Made by a program: the position numbers and the translations under genes
Virus record (IMG/VR): IMGVR_UViG_3300021093_006163
From: an uncultured virus (IMG/VR IMGVR_UViG_3300021093_006163)
Taxonomy: Duplodnaviria; Heunggongvirae; Uroviricota; Caudoviricetes
Direction: 5' to 3' (one strand)
DNA length: 62,316 nucleotides
Part shown: positions 31,050-40,239 of the stretch, in pieces
Position numbering within the stretch: position 1 is the first letter of the stretch
Layout: each line of letters begins with the position of its first letter
The notes under the pieces: generated by a model
Databases searched by the model: none
What the model was told of the DNA's origin: nothing
The model's input: the letters and a program-made list of their open reading frames with translations, nothing else

Positions 31050-31056
31050 TAATTAT
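31050..31056 (-). promoter_or_regulatory. Candidate late-promoter motif ATAATTA (within CTAAATAATTA)
   Basis: Intergenic, 5 nt before the gp25-like ATG; no SD. Confidence 0.45.
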
Positions 31057-31077
31057 TTAGAAGCGAAGAAATCAAGA

Positions 31078-32169
31078 TCAAGCAAGATTAAAAGCTTTTG
31101 CTGCTGCAAGCGCAATTAATCCTGCCCCGAGAAGAAAGCCAATAATTGAGATGATGAAGCATTTTGCAAAAAAGAACACAATGTTGATTATTGAGGAAAT
31201 TTCCAGGAATGCAGTTGAAATGATACCTATGGCCTGCGAGATAAGATCCCAGATAAATCCTATTACAGCGTTAAGAAGATCTACTATTCCTTTTTGAAAA
31301 TCTATTATGAGCAAATTGAGAGCATCAACAATCGCCTTGATTGCAGCTGATGCCGTGTCAGATGCTTTCTGAGCTGCTTCAACAATTTTAGAAGGAATAG
31401 CGAGAAACACTGTCATCATTTTGATAAATTTTGTAGCGATTCCATCGTATCCATTTGCTTCAACTGTTGCAAAAAGAGGAGATACATCAACTGTAGGATC
31501 CATGAAAGAAATATCAAGCGCCGGTATAGGAATTTCAGGTAGAGCTCCCTCTATTGCATTTTGTGCATCTTCAATAATTTGCTCGCCCTTTGCAACAATC
31601 TTATCCTTTTGTTCGTCAATTTTTTCAACCACCTCAGAAGGATCTACCCCCGCAGCTTCAAGCGCTGCAGATATAGTTGATTTTACTCCTTCAAAAAATG
31701 CATCCGGATCTCCATTTGATATTGCAGTAGTTATATCAGCTGCTTTTTCAATCGTAACAGCAATTTGAGATATTAAAATATCAACAATTGAAATTCCCAG
31801 AAGTGATTCTATCTCCAAAAAAAGATCCTGAAGCTCAGATATAACTCTTGCAATCGGTTCAGTTGGATCAAATATTGGGGGGATGAGAAATTTTAAAATT
31901 GCGGATGGCGGAATCGAGTCTAGAAGCAATGCGATATTTTTTTGCAATCCATCAACGTAAAGCCCATGCCACGCGGGAAAATTCTGATTGACTGTATCAA
32001 TCGGATCTGTCTCAAAATTTCCCATTGAAATTGATTTAGGTGGAAGCGTTGTAGCACCAAGCGTTATTCCTTCAGACAGCGTTGTGACAACATTGTCCCG
32101 ATATTTTGTTCTAGCAGATGTGGTTATATCACCTTCGGATATTATTCCAGCTGTCGATAATGTTCCCAT
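31078..32169 (-). CDS. Acidic helical protein with a long hydrophobic C-terminus (putative membrane-inserting virion protein)
   Basis: C-terminal ~65 aa (LLNAVIGFIWDL...IIGFLLGAGLIALAAAKAFNLA) are nearly all apolar; coupled to the spike-like gene. Confidence 0.6.
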   Translation of the reverse strand: MGTLSTAGIISEGDITTSARTKYRDNVVTTLSEGITLGATTLPPKSISMGNFETDPIDTVNQNFPAWHGLYVDGLQKNIALLLDSIPPSAILKFLIPPIFDPTEPIARVISELQDLFLEIESLLGISIVDILISQIAVTIEKAADITTAISNGDPDAFFEGVKSTISAALEAAGVDPSEVVEKIDEQKDKIVAKGEQIIEDAQNAIEGALPEIPIPALDISFMDPTVDVSPLFATVEANGYDGIATKFIKMMTVFLAIPSKIVEAAQKASDTASAAIKAIVDALNLLIIDFQKGIVDLLNAVIGFIWDLISQAIGIISTAFLEISSIINIVFFFAKCFIISIIGFLLGAGLIALAAAKAFNLA

Positions 32170-33314
32170 CAGGTAACCTTGACCAAGACCTTGGTGGAAA
32201 AAATTCCAGTTGCAGGAATAGAAGGTTCTCCAAGAATTCCTCCCGCCGTTGAGACAAGAGACGGTGCTGCAACTTTTCCCGCAGTAACAACAGAATTAAC
32301 AGAGGCAAGGATTGCGCCTGTTGCATCTTCGCCGCCGAGCTTTATAATTCCCAGAGAAGATGGTGTGATGATGATATCACCATTGCTCTTCATGATTATG
32401 CTTGATGGATCTGAGCTAGTTCCAACTACTATTTTTAAATCATTTTGTGCAATAATTCTGACGCAATCGGTCTTTAGGGAGATTGTTGGAACCTCACCGG
32501 CATTATCTCCTTCAAAGCTATAGTAGGAGTCAGCAGAAAATTTCTGAGATATTATTAAGCGCGATGGATCATCTGCGCTTAGAGACCCCGCAAGAACAGC
32601 ATTTGATCTTTCTTCGCTACTACTATCACTGCCTATGAGCGGCTTGATTGTCTCTTTATAGCTTTTTCCAGTAAATTTGTTGCTATTCTGTATCGACTCA
32701 ATTGAGTCAGTTGTCGCCAGGCCAGCTACTAGATTGATAGTCGCAGACCCGGCTGAGGATTCATTTCCAAGCTTTATGATTGCTCCGTTCGATCCTTGTA
32801 GGCAGAAATCTGTTGATTTGCTCTTTACATTTAATGTAGGCTCTCCGATAAATTCAGATCTCGAGATGGCAGACTTAATAACATCTGAGATTGAAGCTCC
32901 TGCAGCCCGAGAGTCTTGGAATGTTGAAATAAGATTTTTTCTACCGCTCTTCTTGTCAATCAGATCTGGCGCAACCCGTGACCTTCCTTCGAATGTGAAA
33001 TTAGGATCTTCAGAGCAAGAATCCTGGACCTTTCTTGTGATCCAATATGAAGGGCCTCTTCCTGGAGGTGAAAAAGCCCAAGCACGCTCGCCAGCCTTCA
33101 CAGGAGTCCTAATGTGAGAAAAGAAAGGGTAAAAAATCATTGACTGTGTATTTTCAGAGCTTGATATTCTTTTCCCTATGACTGTCCCGTTGGGGCAGTT
33201 TTTAAGCAAGTAGGAGTCATTAACCTTATCAACAAGTCCAGCCACGTCTGATTCAGAAAGCTCATTTATGTCTGTAATGTAATCAATTACTAGTATTTCA
33301 TCAAACATCATCAA
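32169..33314 (-). CDS. Putative baseplate central spike/hub (gp5/gpV-like)
   Basis: YPFFSHIRTPVKAGERAW fits the OB-fold P-x2-G-E/D motif; LQGSNGAIIKLG and SSIIMKSNGDIII are beta-helix-like; lies upstream of gp25 and gp6. Confidence 0.6.
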   Translation of the reverse strand: MMMFDEILVIDYITDINELSESDVAGLVDKVNDSYLLKNCPNGTVIGKRISSSENTQSMIFYPFFSHIRTPVKAGERAWAFSPPGRGPSYWITRKVQDSCSEDPNFTFEGRSRVAPDLIDKKSGRKNLISTFQDSRAAGASISDVIKSAISRSEFIGEPTLNVKSKSTDFCLQGSNGAIIKLGNESSAGSATINLVAGLATTDSIESIQNSNKFTGKSYKETIKPLIGSDSSSEERSNAVLAGSLSADDPSRLIISQKFSADSYYSFEGDNAGEVPTISLKTDCVRIIAQNDLKIVVGTSSDPSSIIMKSNGDIIITPSSLGIIKLGGEDATGAILASVNSVVTAGKVAAPSLVSTAGGILGEPSIPATGIFSTKVLVKVT

Positions 33315-33691
33315 TCCTCAGATATTTGGTCGAATATTGAGTTTGTGTCGAGAGGTTTGTTGTCCTCACTCGTAATAATTTCAGCCAGCTTTATAAGCTG
33401 GTCGTTCGCCCTCGACATTCTTTCTATGTATTTAACTACAACAGGGCCTAGAATGCTATGGTTTGCAGCATTTCCTTTTAGCTGTATAATTGTGTCGGTG
33501 AAAAGAATTGATGCGCTCTCCCTGTCTGTGATAGCATTTCTGTATATCTCGATCCATAGAACCTTCTTCTTGCTATCAAGACCATCAATAGACTCAAGGA
33601 GGCCTTCAAATCTCGCAACCTTTCCCTCTTTTTCCTTGAGTATGTTCATTTGATCGTTTATCATTTCAGCATCTGCGCTATTTTTTGGCAT
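33311..33691 (-). CDS. Hypothetical helical protein
   Basis: 126 aa with AGGTG SD and an ATGA overlap with the spike-like gene. Confidence 0.65.
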   Translation of the reverse strand: MPKNSADAEMINDQMNILKEKEGKVARFEGLLESIDGLDSKKKVLWIEIYRNAITDRESASILFTDTIIQLKGNAANHSILGPVVVKYIERMSRANDQLIKLAEIITSEDNKPLDTNSIFDQISED

Positions 33692-33699
33692 TCATCACC

Positions 33700-34422
33700 T
33701 TAGTCAAATATGTCAAACTCGCACTCTTTCATAGTCTCTCTATAGTGTTTCTTGATTGACGACATCGCGGTTGATATCTGTTTAGTGTTTAGATTGGTCA
33801 TCTCTCTTATGTAGACAAAGACTGCTCGCTTGTTGAAGAAATCGATATCGTCAATATTCTGAAAAAGCTTCTCAATTGCTTCAAGGCAAATCTTCTCATG
33901 ATCCTGTTCAATTCGATCAGAAAGCTCATTAAACATCAGGCCAAGCTGCTCTGTTTGGATTGTCTTCTTGCCGGCTGAACCATGAATCTCAAATGTCGGC
34001 TCTACGACGTTTAAAACTTCCATCTCAGAGACAATTGTTTTATCATCAATGTTGATGTGCTTCTTGGTGTGCTTGATTTTCTGTCTCATCCTCATGATGA
34101 TCCAATTCTTTGCCACGACATTAAAGTAAGAGAATGCTTTAGTTCCACGAGAATCGTCAAATTTCTTCATTTTCTCATAGAGAAAGCTCACACAATCATT
34201 CTTGAATTCATCAACCGCTACATGCGCATTTGCACCATGAATGAAGATCAGGTTCTCTACCAGCTTCGTAAAAGCAGGCAATATTTCTTGCTCGTACATT
34301 TTCTGTCTCATCTCATCGTCTGTCTCACTTTGAAACTTAACGATGGCATCATGAGTTCCTGCGTGAAAGTATAATTTTAAACTATTCTTAGCGGGAGATC
34401 TACTCTTTCTGTTCTTTTTCAT
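33700..34422 (-). CDS. Phage sigma factor, T4 gp55-like (late transcription)
   Basis: Region-2-like PAFTKLVENLI...KFDDSRGTKAFSYFNVVAKN; GGAG SD favours the ATG at 34422. Confidence 0.7.
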   Translation of the reverse strand: MKKNRKSRSPAKNSLKLYFHAGTHDAIVKFQSETDDEMRQKMYEQEILPAFTKLVENLIFIHGANAHVAVDEFKNDCVSFLYEKMKKFDDSRGTKAFSYFNVVAKNWIIMRMRQKIKHTKKHINIDDKTIVSEMEVLNVVEPTFEIHGSAGKKTIQTEQLGLMFNELSDRIEQDHEKICLEAIEKLFQNIDDIDFFNKRAVFVYIREMTNLNTKQISTAMSSIKKHYRETMKECEFDIFD

Positions 34423-34699
34423 CTGTGATAGATCTCCCCGGCTTTGAAATTTTATTTGCAATAACCAGCAAAAGCTCCTGGCAGGATTTAATCTCTTGTA
34501 TTACCTGTCTGATTTCTACAGAATCAAAGAATACAGGTTTTTCGAGAATTTTATTGAATATCCTGTACTTTTCATCAAGAGCATCAAGACTTTCTTCGAT
34601 TAAGTCAATGATGTTGAGGATAAATATTCCAAACTTGATATTGTAGTATACCGAAATCGAAAGAAGAATAACTGTAATTGAAAAAAAGAACTCAATCAT
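34400..34699 (-). CDS. Small membrane-anchored coiled-coil protein
   Basis: Hydrophobic N-terminus FFFSITVILLSISVYY followed by a heptad-rich segment. Confidence 0.6.
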   Translation of the reverse strand: MIEFFFSITVILLSISVYYNIKFGIFILNIIDLIEESLDALDEKYRIFNKILEKPVFFDSVEIRQVIQEIKSCQELLLVIANKISKPGRSITDEKEQKE

Positions 34700-35852
34700 T
34701 AACTAGAATCTCTTTGAAAAAAGACTCATACTTCTTCATAATTGATTCTCTGGAAAAATTATCAATGCAAAGTTGAGCAAGGTCATTTGCCCACTGCTTG
34801 GGAATCTCACTTGATTCTCTAAATTTCTTAATCTTTCTCTTAAAAGTATCTTCAGTAGGATCAGCCCATTTTGATCCTTTGACAAATATTCTATTGTCTA
34901 CTCTTCTTTCTGGTATCTCAACTAGCTTGTACTCAGTTTTTATCCACTTTCCTAAATTTAAAAACTCTGTGTGAGCTGACCAGTCAGTCGCTATGACCGG
35001 CAAGCCAGATGCAGCAGCCTCGAGTAGCGGCAATCCAAATCCTTCGCCCCGTGTAAGACTGACTAGTGCTTTGATCTTTGGATGTCTATACATCGCTGAA
35101 ATTTCAGAGTTTGTCATATTTCCATGCACAAAGTAGACAGGAATCTTACTATTTCCTCTTGCTCCTGCCACTATTGACTTTATTGCCTGGCTGGTCACCA
35201 TTTTGTCAAGTGCAGTTCCTCTTCCGCTATTTGTTTTTATGACTATTCCTACATCTTTGTCATCCTTGAAAGTCTCGCATATCCATCTAATTGTATTCAT
35301 AACATTTTTTCTATCAATATCAGAATCAATAGCAGTGAGCTGACTAACAATCAGAAAGTTGAAGTTTGTTCGAAGAGGTATATCAATTGAATTTTGTGAA
35401 TTCTGGACTTCTGGGATGAACCACTCAGGAATCACGTGAATCGGAACTAAAACTTCTCCTGTTCTCGTTAGGACTCCTTTTGTGAATTTTGAAGGAACGA
35501 CAATTGCAGACATCTTGTTGCAACTGTCAATCCAGGATTTGTTGCAAATGTCTGTTTCGACTGCAGCGGTCACACCTATGTTTATCTTTGCAAGCTCTGT
35601 AGTCCATTCATCGGGAAGCTGCACCTGAATTGAGACATCGAAGTCTTTTTGCTTGTCTGTAGAGAGGCGCATAATCTCTCCAACCTGTCCATTCTCAGCG
35701 TCGATATCGATATTCCAGGATGTATTTCCCCACTGAACGATCTGCGTGGAAACATCTGCACCTGTTATCTTCTTTACAGCCTCAAAAACCTGCCTACTGT
35801 GCTGCCCGTATCCAGAAATGCTGAGAAGAGGGGCTCTAATTACTATCTTCAT
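34692..35852 (-). CDS. Glycosyltransferase, GT-B (GT4-like)
   Basis: SGYG, DRKN, EGFGLPLLEA (E-x7-E), LPVIAT; GGAG SD. Confidence 0.9.
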   Translation of the reverse strand: MKIVIRAPLLSISGYGQHSRQVFEAVKKITGADVSTQIVQWGNTSWNIDIDAENGQVGEIMRLSTDKQKDFDVSIQVQLPDEWTTELAKINIGVTAAVETDICNKSWIDSCNKMSAIVVPSKFTKGVLTRTGEVLVPIHVIPEWFIPEVQNSQNSIDIPLRTNFNFLIVSQLTAIDSDIDRKNVMNTIRWICETFKDDKDVGIVIKTNSGRGTALDKMVTSQAIKSIVAGARGNSKIPVYFVHGNMTNSEISAMYRHPKIKALVSLTRGEGFGLPLLEAAASGLPVIATDWSAHTEFLNLGKWIKTEYKLVEIPERRVDNRIFVKGSKWADPTEDTFKRKIKKFRESSEIPKQWANDLAQLCIDNFSRESIMKKYESFFKEILVND

Positions 35853-37099
35853 CAAATCTCCTGCACGCTGAATGTCTTTCTATTTTTCTTCCAGCCATCT
35901 ACCAGATTCCCCGCTGTTTCATGCCAGGCATCAATTGTTTTTGAGAATGCAAATTCATTCTTTGCATAGTCAGAAACCTTGTAGCTAAGCTTTCTCTTCT
36001 CGAGATCAGATAGCTCATAAATCTTCATCATTGCTCTTGCTGTGTTCTCAGAAGTGACATAATCCTCGTAGATGTATGGCACGCCTTGCGAGCCAACTAG
36101 AGTCTTCAGATCAATATCAAGAGCAACTCCATTGTGGGATCCATCTCTGTAATCAACTACCTGTCTAGTAAGCCCGCCTGTTTTTGCAGCAATTATTGGA
36201 ACTCCGGCATTCATTGCCTCAAGAGTCGCCAGGCCAAAACCTTCCGCAAAGCTGATGTTGATGCAGAAATCTGAGACATTATAAAGCACATTCATCTTAT
36301 CGAAACCTAGTCTCTCCTTCGAGAAGACTACGTTTCCTGTGATTCCAAGCTGCTCACATACTGCATACAAGTTTGGTCCTTCTTGATCCAAAGGATCAGT
36401 ATGCATTATGAGAGATGCTTTTGTGTGTCCGTGCTTGAACTTTAGATCATCTAGGAATATCTTCCAGGATTCAAGCACGTCACTTGGTCTCTTTCTCCTT
36501 GCGTTTCTATTGACCCAGATTCCGACAAAGTGATCAACTTTATCAGGCCCAAGAAGCTGAGACTTAAAGTTTCTTTTCTCTGTTTGAGAAAGCGGGTAAA
36601 AAAGATCACCAGGAACTGCGTGAGGAACAAAGTTTGTTTTTTCTGGAAACCTGTCTTTGATCATCTCATAGGTTGCATATGAATGACAATTTATCAGATC
36701 TGTCGACTGGTACAGTGGCGTGTTGAACTCTGGATACGGAGTATTGTCCCACACATGCCACCAAGCAATCGGGCAGATCTGATGAACCTCATCCTCCATC
36801 TCAAAGAGCCAGATGAAGAATCTTGGGTCTGTAAATATTAAAAGAAGATCAGGCTTTTCTGTTGCAAGTGTCACTCGTAAAAGATCGCGATTTCCAAATC
36901 CATCGATTGGCTTGATGATGAAATCATCATTGACAACAACAGTTCGGTAATCTGTGTGCTTGACTGCAGCACCAAATTGCCTAAAAGTCCAGCCTCCTTT
37001 TTCAAGGAGTCCATTGACTAAATGACGTGTTTGAGTTCCAACGCCAGATGTTGACAAGGCGTGGTCAGATAGAATTAGAACTTTCTTTTTAGTGCTCAT
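35852..37099 (-). CDS. Glycosyltransferase, GT-B (GT4-like)
   Basis: SGVG, NRNARRK, EGFGLATLEA, VPIIA. Confidence 0.9.
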   Translation of the reverse strand: MSTKKKVLILSDHALSTSGVGTQTRHLVNGLLEKGGWTFRQFGAAVKHTDYRTVVVNDDFIIKPIDGFGNRDLLRVTLATEKPDLLLIFTDPRFFIWLFEMEDEVHQICPIAWWHVWDNTPYPEFNTPLYQSTDLINCHSYATYEMIKDRFPEKTNFVPHAVPGDLFYPLSQTEKRNFKSQLLGPDKVDHFVGIWVNRNARRKRPSDVLESWKIFLDDLKFKHGHTKASLIMHTDPLDQEGPNLYAVCEQLGITGNVVFSKERLGFDKMNVLYNVSDFCINISFAEGFGLATLEAMNAGVPIIAAKTGGLTRQVVDYRDGSHNGVALDIDLKTLVGSQGVPYIYEDYVTSENTARAMMKIYELSDLEKRKLSYKVSDYAKNEFAFSKTIDAWHETAGNLVDGWKKNRKTFSVQEI

Positions 37100-37118
37100 T
37101 TAGTGAAACAATATTCTT

Positions 37119-37934
37119 TTATCTACCTGTCGTAAATGCCGAATACTCTGCAGACCCAGGACAGTGATCTGTGCCCTTAAACTCGCAGTAAGTGCATGAC
37201 ATTCTATTCTTTATTGCTTTTCCAGAAGAGACGCTAGTGATCATTGATGTCACGAGCTTATTTGCATTCTCAAGTGTCTTTGGTCCAACTGCAATGTCGA
37301 TTAGCTCACACGCTTTCCCTTGCTTTGCTCCCCTCTTTAGAAGTACAAATCCGCACTTAATCTCTTTTGGATCTATCTCAAATTTCTGACTCGTGTAATA
37401 CTTGTAGAGAGCAAGTTGTGCCTGGACCAAAAAATCTCGTCGCTTGTCTGCGTTCCACCCTCTTGCGCTTGTTGTCTTCCAGTCAATTAGCCAGAGTCGA
37501 TCCTGACCTCTCTTGTTTTTTGCACGAATCATTCCGTCGATGAAGCCCTTGAATTTAACTTCGTGACCTTCGATTGATTCGTACAGGGCATGTTCAGATG
37601 CAATGCATTCCCATCCAGGAAAATTCTGCTCCAAAAATGCAGGAATCTCCTCAATGATCTGCTTTGCCTCTCTAATCCAGGGTTCAGGATCACCAAATCC
37701 CTTCTTCTCCCATCCAGATCGAATATTTTGCTCAAGTCGATCAAGATTAAAAGTTCTGCTCCTTAGGAAGTCTTCACACTCAAGATGGACATGAGTACCA
37801 AAATCGATATTAGGGCTAGGCTTGAACATGTCAATCTTATCAACGTAGACAAGCTTATGACGCCAAGAGCAGTCTTTCCAAGCTCTAATTTCAGAGTAAG
37901 AAACGTGAGGTTTGCCAGTTGGGAATGTATTCAC
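37119..37934 (-). CDS. PD-(D/E)XK nuclease, RecB/AddB/Cas4-like with a 1+3 Cys cluster
   Basis: SYS...C, FGTHVH, GFID, IDWKT, QLALY, CTYCEFKGTDHC; GTG start. Confidence 0.88.
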   Translation of the reverse strand: MNTFPTGKPHVSYSEIRAWKDCSWRHKLVYVDKIDMFKPSPNIDFGTHVHLECEDFLRSRTFNLDRLEQNIRSGWEKKGFGDPEPWIREAKQIIEEIPAFLEQNFPGWECIASEHALYESIEGHEVKFKGFIDGMIRAKNKRGQDRLWLIDWKTTSARGWNADKRRDFLVQAQLALYKYYTSQKFEIDPKEIKCGFVLLKRGAKQGKACELIDIAVGPKTLENANKLVTSMITSVSSGKAIKNRMSCTYCEFKGTDHCPGSAEYSAFTTGR

Positions 37935-37937
37935 AAA

Positions 37938-37944
37938 TAAATAT
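37938..37944 (-). promoter_or_regulatory. Candidate promoter motif ATATTTA
   Basis: Intergenic, 3 nt before the GTG start; no SD. Confidence 0.35.
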
Positions 37945-37955
37945 TAATACAAGTT

Positions 37956-38837
37956 CTACAACTTTTCATTAATATAATCCTCAAGCCTGAATTCAGACTT
38001 CCAGTCAAGATCTCTGGCTGCCCTTGTAACGTCAGCCATTGTGGTCCTTGTCTCACCGACGCGATCTGTAATATTTTGTGTGGATCCACCGATCATGGTT
38101 GCAAGTTGATTAATAGAATAATTCCTACCAGTTCCAATATTAACAGGTCCCGTAACATTGCACCTATTCGCAGCAAGGAGATTGGCTCTCACAACATCAA
38201 ATACATGTGTGAAATCTCGCCGCTGTTCACCATCGCCTACGATAGTCATTGACTCTCCTGCGGCACTTTGACATCTAAACAAGCCTATTACAGTCGCATA
38301 TTCTCCCTTGAGTGGTTCTCTTGGTCCATATACGTTAAAATATCGAAGAGAAACTGTCGAGAGTCCGTAAAGTCTTGTGTAGAGATCACAGACTTCTTCG
38401 CCCTGCCACTTAGAGAGTGAATAAGGAGTCGCGCAACCCTTGGGTGCATCTTCCAGGAAAGGCGGTCTGGATGCGTGCCCATAATAAGAGGAAGATGCAG
38501 AATACACTACTCTTTTCACTCCGGCAAGACGACTTGATTCCAGAACCTCTTGCGTGCCAAGAACATTGACAGAGAAGCACTGAGATGGATTATTTACAGT
38601 TGGCTGTATCCTGGAGCGAGCTGCAAGATGAAAAACGACATCTACGCCTTCATATATGCTCCGGTGCACTGTGCGAATATCTGCGAGAACATTGATGGCA
38701 GAATCATTCCAGTAGAATTTATTATTTTGCGGTGCTGATTCATCATCAACACAAATAACTTGATCTCCTCTTTTGATCAATGTATCGACAATGTGAGATC
38801 CGATGAAACCGGCCCCTCCAGTAACTAGAGCTTTCAT
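37956..38837 (-). CDS. NAD-dependent NDP-sugar epimerase/dehydratase (extended SDR)
   Basis: TGGAGFIGSH, HLAA, YSLSK, RYFNVYGP, RDFTHV. Confidence 0.92.
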   Translation of the reverse strand: MKALVTGGAGFIGSHIVDTLIKRGDQVICVDDESAPQNNKFYWNDSAINVLADIRTVHRSIYEGVDVVFHLAARSRIQPTVNNPSQCFSVNVLGTQEVLESSRLAGVKRVVYSASSSYYGHASRPPFLEDAPKGCATPYSLSKWQGEEVCDLYTRLYGLSTVSLRYFNVYGPREPLKGEYATVIGLFRCQSAAGESMTIVGDGEQRRDFTHVFDVVRANLLAANRCNVTGPVNIGTGRNYSINQLATMIGGSTQNITDRVGETRTTMADVTRAARDLDWKSEFRLEDYINEKL

Positions 38838-39808
38838 GAATTCTTCCGCTTACTTACAGCTCGACCCACTTGCTTCTCCCAATCTCTATCATCCAAGCCT
38901 CGAACCTCAAGGTTCTTGTCCCAGGCAGCCTGCATGACGGTCGGATTCACACCGTACTGTCGGGCGACACTCATCAACGCGTTAATGTCTTTCGGGAAGC
39001 AGTGACCACCGAAACCACGAACGTATCGACCGTCATGAGTTGGAACAGGGCCAGGAACAGACCAGTGAGATTCACCAAGTCGACGATCAAACTTTGCATA
39101 CTCAACGACCTTATCATAATCGATGTTAAGTCCATCAGAGTCCAATGCTTCACAAATCTGAGCAACCTCATTAGCGAATGACACCTTGACCGAGAGCATG
39201 CAGTTTGTCACATACTTGACCATCTCGGCTGTCGTAGAGCTAGTCTTGATGATAGTAACCTTTGGAAAAGCACGCTGAAAAACGTTACGCACTGTGTTGA
39301 TGTAAGGACGAGGTCCACCAAGAACGATGCGATTCTGCTCACGCATATCGTTCACAGCGTTTGCTTCAGTTAAAAATTCAGGGTTGAATACAACATGTAG
39401 ACCTCGATCATTAAACATCTTGTTCCATCTTTCGGTCGATCCTGGTGGGACAGTTGACTTAATCACTGCAATGCGCTGAGGTGAGTCAGCAGTGTATGGA
39501 GCTGTGCAGACAAGCTCGAGAACGTCCTCAACAATTGAGACGTCAGGTGATCCATCCTCGTACATCGGTGTCGGAACGCATATAAAGAAGACACCTGAAA
39601 ATCCTGACGTTCCTTCGCACTCCTGGACAAATTCAGAGATAGATCCAGGATAGATGAAATCCCTAGTGATCTCACGCTTGAAACCGTTGATACCACCTGT
39701 GGCAAGCTTGCCAGCTTTGTCATATACATAAACAGTCTCACCACGCTCAGAAAAAACTGTAGTGAGACTGCCCCCAACAAATCCCTGTCCAATTACACCT
39801 ATACTCAT
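38834..39808 (-). CDS. ugd: UDP-glucose/GDP-mannose dehydrogenase family protein (short form)
   Basis: GQGFVGG, CVPTP, IKSTVPPG, NPEFL, AEMVKY, GFGGHCFPKD; ends soon after the catalytic Cys. Confidence 0.88.
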   Translation of the reverse strand: MSIGVIGQGFVGGSLTTVFSERGETVYVYDKAGKLATGGINGFKREITRDFIYPGSISEFVQECEGTSGFSGVFFICVPTPMYEDGSPDVSIVEDVLELVCTAPYTADSPQRIAVIKSTVPPGSTERWNKMFNDRGLHVVFNPEFLTEANAVNDMREQNRIVLGGPRPYINTVRNVFQRAFPKVTIIKTSSTTAEMVKYVTNCMLSVKVSFANEVAQICEALDSDGLNIDYDKVVEYAKFDRRLGESHWSVPGPVPTHDGRYVRGFGGHCFPKDINALMSVARQYGVNPTVMQAAWDKNLEVRGLDDRDWEKQVGRAVSKRKNS

Positions 39809-40239
39809 GTCTTTTCTTCCTTTGACTCCGAGTGAATTTCAAATGTGCTTTTAAGTGCCTGCTCCCAGGAGATGAATTTAATCGCTTTATCATCGATGTA
39901 GGCAACAGCACGAGGTTTTTCAGCTGTTACTTCAGAAACAAAGAGATCTAGATTGTGCTTTTTTAGCCACTCCCACACAAGCTCTTTTCCTGTTTTTCCA
40001 TTTAGTTTTGGCCTATCTTCTCTTGCCTTTGCTGTAAAAACTATGATATTAAATCTTTTTGAAATAATTTGAAGAGATTCATGCACTCCTTCGACAGGAT
40101 CATCATAGATTGATCCGTCATAAAATCCCCTTGAGCACTTGTGAATCACTCCATCAAAATCAATTGCGATGTTTTTTGTCTCATCGGGAAAAGAATTAAA
40201 TCTCTTCTCTTTAAAAAAATCTTCTATTTTATTTTCCAT
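39805..40239 (-). CDS. Small HAD-superfamily phosphatase
   Basis: IAIDFDGVIH, VFTA, KP, YIDDK. Confidence 0.82.
   Translation of the reverse strand: MENKIEDFFKEKRFNSFPDETKNIAIDFDGVIHKCSRGFYDGSIYDDPVEGVHESLQIISKRFNIIVFTAKAREDRPKLNGKTGKELVWEWLKKHNLDLFVSEVTAEKPRAVAYIDDKAIKFISWEQALKSTFEIHSESKEEKT

Noticed and set aside
28723..33314. T6SS or extracellular contractile injection system
   Set aside because: gp25/gp6/gp5-like genes co-occur with terminase, primase and a late sigma factor, which indicates a phage.
33311..33691. Possible small terminase subunit
   Set aside because: Size and helical character fit, but there is no diagnostic motif and it is 31 kb from terL; left as hypothetical.
37119..37934. 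Cas4-like gene as evidence of a CRISPR-Cas system
   Set aside because: No repeat-spacer array or other cas genes seen; stand-alone nucleases of this type are common in phages.
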